A stretch of DNA of 64,000 nucleotides, taken from Octopus sinensis (Eukaryota). How positions within the stretch are numbered: position 1 is the stretch's first letter; each line of letters starts with the position of its first letter. The translations under genes and the position numbers were made by a program. The notes beneath the pieces are model-generated. The model ran no database searches and was not told the DNA's origin. It worked only from the letters and a program-made list of their open reading frames with translations. This document shows positions 54,850 to 64,000 of this stretch, in pieces. The DNA lies in the NCBI RefSeq assembly GCF_006345805.1, contig NC_042997.1:123628001-123692000 (forward strand). The letters run 5' to 3'.

Positions 54850-57751
54850 CTGCAAAAAAGAAAAAAAAAAAGGAAAACGTATAATAAATAGACGCAGACA
54901 AAACTCACTTTTCGAATCGAATCAGATCTTTACGCTGGCAAATAGCCTCTCCTTATGGTAGTGCATTAAATAAAATAAATAACATTTTTGTCTTAAAAAC
55001 GTACACTAAATTAAATATATTTTAGAAGAGCTTGTTTACTGTCTGAAGAAATGGGCAGCCTAAAGGCGTTATTATCATAAATGATTGCACAAATATGAAG
55101 TGTTTGTAAGAAAGATTTGGAGAATATATTGCCTGCTTAACAGTAAATAACGTAATTTATGAGACACATAATTATATTTTTTATTCATTATAGTTTTCTA
55201 CCATATACTGTCATTAACTCTATATTGAGTCTATCAAAAGTGTTTCCACGTTTAGCTATTAAATTCTACATATCTGTGAGTAAAATGTGTGAAAAGTCGG
55301 GTTGCATCCGAAAAAATATATGCTATGAAACAGAAATAAACACAAAATTTATTACACGAATCTGTTATCACCACGACAGTCAACTATTTGACGCCGAACA
55401 CGAGTTTGATGTTGAATACATCCACAAATTTTTCGCTCAGATAGCTCTTCCCAAGACTGCAAGACGGCTTCGTGCAATACATGCCTCGTTGTAGATTTTT
55501 TCAGTTCAACTTTATCGGCCAAAACTTTGAAAATACCTCCATATAATGGATTCCACGTGTAAACATGTGTTGAACAGAACTCACTGAATAAATCTTAATT
55601 AACTGTGTTGTCAATATTATGCACCTGACATATGCTAACGTGTATGCAGCCAGACTTTTCACACAGAGGATAGTATTTATTAAAGCGTTTAAAAGTATAA
55701 AACATAAAGAAAGTGTTGCTGATTCAACATATGATATTAGAATCAAAATGTTTGGCATATGAAGCTTCATATTCAAAACCCTTATTTACCACCGTACACT
55801 AAGATGGATCTTTTATTATCCGGTGATCATTACAAGATGTCTTCCTGTTTATTTATATACTCTCAAAATTAAATTACAATTTGAGCATTTCATACTGACG
55901 TTTCCAATTATACCCCTCTGTTTGAAATAACTATACTTTATTTCAAGTCACATCACCATGTACATCACAAGTAAAGCATATCTCAGAAATTAAATGTCGT
56001 ATATCAACTATTTACATAATAACCAGTTACTTTGCTTGCAGTGAACAGAATTTCTGTTCAATGAGACTTTTGTCATAGCGCCAATACGTACACTATATTG
56101 TTTCCATGTTTACTAATTTCACTCATCGGATTAAAGTCATGTTGGACCACCGCTCTGAAGTATTTATAAGTTGAGGAACGCTATCGACGAGACACTCATT
56201 TATGTCCATGAAAAAATGAATAAGAAATATTAATGATTGGTATATATATATATTCTATTCTATAACTTCTATCAAATGGCATAGGAAAAAACTACAAATT
56301 TTAATGCACGTGTCTGTGCCGGTGGGGGAGAAATAGCTGACTGAACAGACGCCAATATTAGGCAGGTATTGCTTTTCATAACATATATGCACCTCATAAG
56401 GGCAGCATGCGTAAGCAAACACTTCTTCAGGCAAATGAGAAATAAAAGTCGCACTCATGCAGTAACCAATAATGGCTCCACAAAATTCATACGGGTGTTT
56501 CAAAGTGCACCCGAAATGACTTAACGTCCATTTAGCGTGTTTTCTACCTGTTCTCCACTCTCCTCTTTCATCAGATCAAATATGCGTGACTTATGTCTCC
56601 AATTTCTGGTCACCGTTTCTTCCGATCCTTGCCAATACTAGTCCACGTTTGCGATTGCGGGAGCTGTGAATCCACCTTACCCTACCGTACCATTTACCTA
56701 ATCTAGCTTGCTCCTCGCAGGTGTTTAAATATGGCTACTGCATGTTTGTGACTTGTAGTTCTCGTTTATCAGTTCAGTTCGAAGAAATGTTTCCCGATCT
56801 AAAGGTGGCATTTGTAGCGTGATCTGAGGTGTTACTGAATGTTAAAGTATGTTCAACAGATGAAATAACACAGCGCAGTACCAACTTGAGATCCATGTTC
56901 TTTACTTTCATTATTGCTGAGTTCCTTATATTACGTTATACTTCACCTCAAATATAACTGAATATGTGTAAGTAAAGAATACGCACCAATTTCGAAAAAA
57001 AACTTTGTCTTAGTTCTCATATTTCAATTTTAAATTCACAATGAGTTCACTTCCATTTATATGGAAAAGAAATTCTATTCCACATGATTTCATCGTAGTG
57101 AATCAGAATGAGTCATTCGTGAAAAAACATTCAGCATTAATACGAATGCTTGTTTAGTTGCCGTGAATTATTAGCTTTGTTACAAATGTTTCTATGTATG
57201 ATATCTCCCTTGGCCATATATTCCAAAGGGAATTTGAAGTAAATAGAATTTACAAACATAAATGCATGTTAAAATGTCTATGCTTTAATGAAAAGAAAGA
57301 TATACAGCATCCATTATTGTTGTTGTGAAGTAACAGAAAGTAAAGTCTCTCCCATAATATTTTCATTGAACTATCGTCCATAATGTGTTTTCTATTACAT
57401 AGATCATTGTAAGTTTGAGAATAACAACAGTTGATAATAATAAGCAAGCATAGTCACAAACAGGAGTCGTGGTAGTGTTAGTTCGTCCTAAAACAAAATG
57501 TAGTTGCAAAGCGCATTAAAAAGAAAATATAGTGCCTTGTAAAACGGTGAAGCACATCGTTTAATGTTTTCTTAGCTGCACTGTAGAGGAATATAAAAAA
57601 ATTGCCAAAAGAGGGAATATTTTTATTTACTCAGTCAATGCTGACCTGGATCTAAACAAAAAGAACAATGTAAGAAACATAAATCACCCTGAGAGAAATG
57701 CAGACCAGTCTGACTTATAGGTAAGATGATTCGTTTGACTATTTTATGGGC

Positions 57752-57950
57752 TGTGAGCTGGCAGAATTGTTAATTGAAAATGCTTAGCGGCATTTCATTG
57801 CAATTATGTTCTGACTTTACATTCCGTCGGAATCGACTTTGCGTTTCAACCTTTCAGGATCGATGTAATATATAATAGTATTACAGCCTCCCCAAAATTG
57901 CTGGCCCTGTACCAAAACGTGAAATCAGTATTAATATTCACACGTTTCAG
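57752..57950 (+). mobile_element. SINE family B, degraded
   Basis: GAGCTGGCAGAA...AAATGCTTAGCGGCATTTC...CGACTTTGC...CCTGTACCAAAA. Confidence 0.75.
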
Positions 57951-58794
57951 CACTAATGAATGTAACATTTTCAACCTCTTGGTTGTTTGTCTAACTACAC
58001 GATCTACTTCCCGTTTCAGTTCTCACTTTTGCAGGAAGGAATAAGATAACGGTTAATGAATATCCGACTTATGATGCAATACCAGCTGAATTAGAAAGTC
58101 AAATATGCTGATTATTCATTTATTTATTTATTGTTTTTAAATGCAGATTATCGTGTTATTTAAACTGAGATTGAGAAAACAGATATTTACTTCGATTTAT
58201 AGTAGTGATTGTGTAACAGCTACACTTGATTACGAATGAGTCCACAGATTGTAATTCTCTGCGAAACCTTGAATGATGAAGGTTGTCAACAATTCCAAGA
58301 ATGTCTTCAATCATCTATATAACACACAATTATGAATGGTGCCGAATGCTCCTTCCAATCATCGACAAACTCTGTCATTTCTACTTCCGCTGCTGTATGT
58401 TGGTGACAGGCAAAAGTGAAGATCATTCTCAAAAACAACAACGTTATTGAAATCACCAAATGCAGACCTGTCACTTTCAATAACAGCAGATGAAAACTTG
58501 ATGATACAATTCACACACAATTAAAAGACACCAGAAAATATTCGTAAATTCTAAATCTCATACATATATTGTGAGTATGTATGTGAAAAAACATACATAT
58601 ATTATATATATATATACCACACACACTTAAGCATATATATATATATATATATTTATACATACATACATATAAGTACTTATGAAACTCGTAGTGAATGCGT
58701 ATGTAGTGTATTTGCATAGAAAGTTTTATTTAGAATATGTATCGTAACGTTTCCTGAATCCTATTTCGCCTTCAGGGAAACTGGTAGTATAATT

Positions 58795-59013
58795 TTCTTA
58801 TCTTGGCACAAGGCCCGAATATTTTTGGGTGGTGGTGGAGGAGGAAGTTGATTATATAGACCCCACTACGCAACTGGTACTTAATTTATCGTCCCCGAAA
58901 GGATCAATGGCAAAGTCGACCTCGGCGGAATTTGAACTCAGAACGTAAAGATAGACTAAATACCGCTAAGCATTTCACTCGGCATGCTAGCGTTTCTGCC
59001 CGCGTTCCGCCTT
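58795..59013 (-). mobile_element. SINE family B
   Basis: Reverse complement of the 60608-60822 pattern. Confidence 0.85.
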
Positions 59014-59298
59014 CGGAAATTGGTAATATCACGGGATATATCTCACAGCGTCATTTTGTCTGACAGGAATGACAAATATCCGTTAAAACGTTCAAAGAAT
59101 CCACATCACCAGAGCTCTAGTATGCTTCACTAGAAGATTTTCTATAGTCTTTTACGACTCTTGTAGAAATATAGTTATGTCAGCAGTATATTTCTATTAT
59201 GCACATTAGATATGATTCCACCTACTCAATTATATACACACACACACACACATACGTAATTATTTATAGATAAATCTACTTACACGTATGTCACTATA

Positions 59299-60576
59299 CG
59301 AGGTCTGATCAATAAGTATCGGGACTAGTGGTATAAAAACAAAATTACAACACATACCAATTTGGCATTTAATCTCCTTCAAATTAGTCCCCTTCGGGAG
59401 CCACTCACTTAATCCAGCGCTGTTTCTATTGAAGGAAACATTCCTGGAGCTCGTTCTCTGGTATAATCAGCAGCTGCCTCGTCACATTCACTTTTATTTC
59501 CTCGGCGTATTGCAATCTTCCTTTCAAGCAGGATTTGAATTTTGGAAAGAGGAAAAAGTCGCAAGGGGTGAGATCTGAGGAATAATGTAGCTGTCGGACC
59601 TGGTGAATACTGTGCCTAGCCAAACACTGCTGGTGAGTGGGCAGGTGCGTCGTTATGGTGCAATTGCCACTCACCAGACGCATGCAATTGTGGCCTTTTC
59701 CGACGAATAACATCCTGCAAAACATCACAGCAGTACTCCTTCTTTAGTGTCAGAACTGGTGGAGCATACTCATGATGAAAAATTCCCTTGTAGTTGAAAA
59801 GAAAAAAACGATACACAGTATCTTCACATTGATTCGACACATTCGTGTTTTCTTCGGTCTCGGAGAGTTTGGGGACTTCCACTGTGAAGACTTAGCCTCT
59901 GTTTCTGGGTCATAGACATCGACCTACGATTCATCACCCATTATGACCGTTTTCGAAAGGCCTTCATCATTCTCGACACAATCAATATCTTGTGCAACTG
60001 AAGCCCGAGTATCTCTTTGGTTAGCTGAAAGCAGTTTGGCCACAAACTTGCAGACACGCGTCTCAATGATAATGGACTGAACTAGGTCGAAGCTAATATG
60101 TACATCGTTTGAGAACCCACGGATGGCGATTAGACGATTTCCTCTCAAAGCTGCATATCTGCCATGTTTATCTCTGTTCTCCTAGTTGCAGGTCTCCCAG
60201 AACTTTCGTCACTAACGACACTTTCCGGCCATCTTGGAAACATCTGAACCACTCGTACTCTCGTGTACGGCTAATACGCTCCTCTCCACACACTTTCTGA
60301 ACCTTTGCGTAGGACTTTGAGCAGGTATCACCAAGCTTTTTGCAAACTTTGATGCAGATTCTCTGCTCAATTTCCTCTATCATGTTCAACGCGACGATCA
60401 CAAGCTACAACGTTCCCTCCAAGCACTGCCGTAAACAGTGGAAGTGAGCTAGTACAATAAAACTTAGTGAATATGCATAGCATAATTCACGGTTAATTTG
60501 TACCAAGCAGCTTCTCTCTCCATGCTTTAGCCTCGTTACTATGGCAACAGTCCGGATACTTATTGATCAGACCACG
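59299..60576 (-). mobile_element. Full-length mariner element (1278 bp, TA TSDs), transposase pseudogene
   Basis: TIRs CGAGGTCTGATCAATAAGTATCGGGACT and CGTGGTCTGATCAATAAGTATCCGGACT, with TA at 59297-8 and 60577-8. Fragments in 4 ORFs read EQRICIK, FVAKLL, MGDES, HHNDAPAH and YSSDLTPCDFFLFPK. Confidence 0.96.
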
Positions 60577-60607
60577 TATATGCTCATAATAATATATACC
60601 CAAACAA

Positions 60608-60822
60608 TGCGGCGAGCTAGCAGAAACGTTAGCACCCCGGGCGAGATTCTTAGCGGTATTTCGTCTTTAAGTTCTGAGTTCAAATTCCGTCGAGGTTGAC
60701 TTTATCTTTCATCCTCCCAGGGTCGATAAATTAAGTACCATTTGCTAACTGGCGTCCATCTAATCGACTGGTTCCCTACTCAAAAATTTTGGGCCTTGTA
60801 CCTTCAGTAGTAAAGAATATTA
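60608..60822 (+). mobile_element. SINE family B
   Basis: GCGGCGAGCTAGCAGAAACGTTAGC head, GAGTTCAAATTCC B-box, GGTCGATAAATTAAGTACCA body. Confidence 0.88.
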
Positions 60823-61306
60823 TATACCCACAAATGTAAGCACAACCATTATATATTTGGTAAGTTTTTTGCGCGTTGATTTTTTTTCCTCCATCGTTTT
60901 TCGAATTTAGTTACCACTAAATCTATGATACCACGATAGGGCTGAAACTAACTCTTTTAGTTTTATCGCTATTCCTGTCATTCATTTAAAATATAGCTAC
61001 TTTAAGTATTTGTCTTCCCAATGTCTCTCACTTGCTTCCAGTTTCTCTCCACATATAGCAGTAATTCTAGATCTCTGTATCACGATCTATTTCGCTTTAG
61101 TGGAAATTTTCAATAGTGTGAAGTTGATAACGATTTAGTGCGTCAGATTTAATTAAATTAAACGCCATGTGAAAGTTTAACGCAAATGGACATTTGTGCT
61201 ATAATGTATTGCATATCTTATTCCTATCGGTAATGATACTGGGAATAAGGACTTGCTCTCCGCACACATTTTAATCTCCTTCATAAATGAGATTTATTCC
61301 ATGCAG

Positions 61307-61482
61307 GTGTTTGCATGAAGAAAGTGCATTTATAAGAGCTGTTAAAACCCAAATACTTCCTGGTCCTTCAGGTAATATAAGCATAAACTCTCTATGCGTA
61401 GATGACAAGAAACCAATCAAACAATTATCAAAATCATTTGTCAAGACACCCGAGCAGATGAAGGCGTTTAGTGCATTTACAG
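61307..61482 (+). CDS. Candidate internal exon or decayed transposon ORF, product unknown
   Basis: TTTATTCCATGCAG| acceptor and |GTAAAA donor, with 58 open codons (CLHEESAFIRAVKT...TPEQMKAFSAFT). I recognise no homologue with confidence. Confidence 0.2.
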
Positions 61483-61699
61483 GTAAAATGAATAGATGAT
61501 AAAAGATTCTGGGAACTTGGTTGAACAGGTTATTGAGAATCCAAATGTTAACATGTTCTCTAAAGCTGAATAAAGTGCATCACTTATGTCATCAAGGAAT
61601 GTGAAGGGATAATCCGCTTTCATGAGGCAAAAATGTTGAAACGAAGTTTTCGAAAACCGGTGACAAATTATAAGCAGGAAGGAGGTAGTCTTAAACCTT

Positions 61700-62830
61700 G
61701 TATCTTTGCCACTCAGGGAGACCCTCTCTTTTCAACAGCCTAAGACTTAAGTGGGAAATGCCAAAAGGATTTAATCCAAATAAAGAATTATCTCACATTA
61801 ATGAAAATGTTCGCCAAATACAATTTGAAGTTATAGGAGTAATAGATCTTTGCAAATCATTGTTGTATCATATTTCCAACTTACTTCGGGCGAAGAAATC
61901 AATGTGCTTCTGTCGGAAGTCGGCTGGGCCAAAGTAATGACATTGGTCTTGGAAAATATTATACATTATACATCAGTGATGAAGACTTGATTACTTGAAC
62001 GCACTTAATAGCATAAAACCTAGACCTGAAATGAACGTATGACATGATTATGTCGTTATACTAATATATTATGTAGATATATTAACAGACGATTGATGTA
62101 ATTTGCTGTATTTTAAGTTGAATATTTAATTTAGAGCAAAGCTGACCCTAAATTGAAGAAAATTTCATTATGATAAAACACCAGAAAAAAATGAATTCCA
62201 TTGGTTTGTATCACCAGAAAACAAAGAGCGTATATCCTTCGTACAATTCGATATCAAAAACTATCATACTTCGATATCAAATGCTCTCTTTAAGAAAGTG
62301 ATGATGTTCGCTTCTAAACTTGTACAGTATATTAAAGAGGAAATTAATAATATAATTTTTGTTTGGGACTTGTGTGATCTTATCGAACGGAGAAACGCCA
62401 GAGATGTCACTTTGTGATACATTGATGGGATCATTTGAATTGGCAGTCGATAGAGGAGTGTTCCACTCTTCATAAATCATTACCTGGCATTCCAAATTCA
62501 TGTACTCGACAGCGGTTTATACTGAAATGAATCTCTATAAACAGTAAAAATCTTAACTACGCTACACTAGGAATCAAAATTCTTTTAAACCTGCAGAACA
62601 ATACAATGTCTATATCTTTCATCTTGGTCAATAAATGAGAAAGTTTTTTTCGATGCCACCTTAAATTTGAAATGTGACTCACCTTTTCCTTGCCACACAT
62701 CCAACGAAAATCTTATGTAGATACACAAAAATTCGAAAAATCCAAATGTTAACGTTATCTTGTTAGGAATATTTCTCCTCTAATATCCAAACAATGACTA
62801 CTCACAGTTATTACAACTCATTCCTTTCTG
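61700..62830 (+). mobile_element. PLE (Naiad/Chlamys-like) RT relic
   Basis: WFVSPENKERISFVQFDIKNYHTSIS (FDIxxFYPSIS), DVTL*YIDG (FDVTMGSxDG) and FFDATLNL...IHKNS (FLDVTLNL...YIHxxS). Confidence 0.7.
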
Positions 62831-63356
62831 TCATTATTTGATAAGATACGAATAATAAACTTCCTTTTCATAAATATAATGATCTCTTTATAATGATCTC
62901 TTAAATTTTCACGTTGTTATTTAGCGCTACCTATCGACAGAGGTTGGGAAATAACAATGGATTAGTTTATCATTTCTTTCCGAAGATCTGGTGCGTCGAG
63001 GCAAATATGCAGTTCAGTAATTATATGGTGTTCTGTTACCGCACAGCAAACTCGTTTTCCCTAGTAAAACATGTGTAAAACGTATGTAATTCATAACGTT
63101 ATAATGAAAATGTAAACTCGGTCATCTGTTTTATTCTGTTCTCCAATATACACTTTATAAGTTACTCACCTTTATATAATATGAGATGGTAGTCAGATCA
63201 AAAATACATAAACTGTATGTAATACTAGAGTGTAAAGTGGATATACATGGATTTACGTGACGTTTTAACATCTCGTTAACCATTATGCTATATAATTTGA
63301 AACGGTATTTTAAGTACACACGCACTCACGCACGCACACATATGTATATATGTATA

Positions 63357-64000
63357 TAGATGGGTAATTAGGTCACCATTTCATAATTTCAATTTCACGC
63401 ATGTGCATTGTTTTTTCTTATTTTGTCGTCTACACAATATAGTAGGAGCAGTTGGGCATCGTCTGTGAGAAAAACAGCACCATTAAGCAATTCGATCTGC
63501 CAGAAACTTGGAAACGGCACGCTGTACTGCTTGGTATTCGTACCTGAAGCTCCAATATGAACATTTTAGAGTGCTTTAGTTCCAATCTGAGGACAATTCA
63601 ATCTTAGGACATATGACGTGAGTGATAAAAATCAAACATCCCGTCAACGTCATGGTGTTTGGAGTGATCGCTAGTGGTAGCGACGTTATGCTTCACTTCA
63701 TCTTCCCACACGACCTCAGACTCAACACGAAGGGTATGGATAAGATAGTGCTGCCCTGGGTCAAGAGGGTTGCTACAGGAATACCCTATGGCTGTCAATA
63801 AGACTCTGCACCATGCCACACAAGCTGGAGAACTCAGACATGGCTGTCAGACAATTTCTGCGACCACATCATCCCTAACATCTTGCCTCCTAACTCCTCA
63901 GACTGCAACCCCTTGATTATTATGTGCGGGGCGCAATTGAGTGAGAGAACAACAAAACTCCTTGTCACACCAAACATGAACTGAAGGCAAAGATTATGGC
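63357..64000 (+). mobile_element. maT-type (DD37D) transposon relic, internally deleted, runs off the window
   Basis: KHPVNVMVFGVI, PWVKRVA, Q*DSAPCH and PPNSSDCNP(L)DYY motifs. Confidence 0.88.

Overview
AT-rich, repeat-saturated animal DNA. The SINE families, microsatellite load and transposon types point to an octopus genome (inference from repeat content, not a database search). I recognise no host gene with confidence, and most ORFs in the track are microsatellite translations or decayed transposon pieces. The window holds at least 4 tRNA-derived SINE families, 3' ends of CR1-type LINEs, a near-identically duplicated 5'-truncated R4/Dong-type LINE in (AAT)n, mariner (DD34D) and maT-type (DD37D) transposase relics including one full-length 1278-bp mariner, Helitron termini with an STPR-like repeat relic, and many Penelope-like element (PLE) relics. 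The most notable signal is a set of type I hammerhead-ribozyme folds in PLE termini. Some have a canonical CUGAAGA core and others carry CCGANGA. They are usually part of fold-back (inverted) structures sitting in (TA)n tracts. All folds and alignments were done by eye and need computational confirmation.
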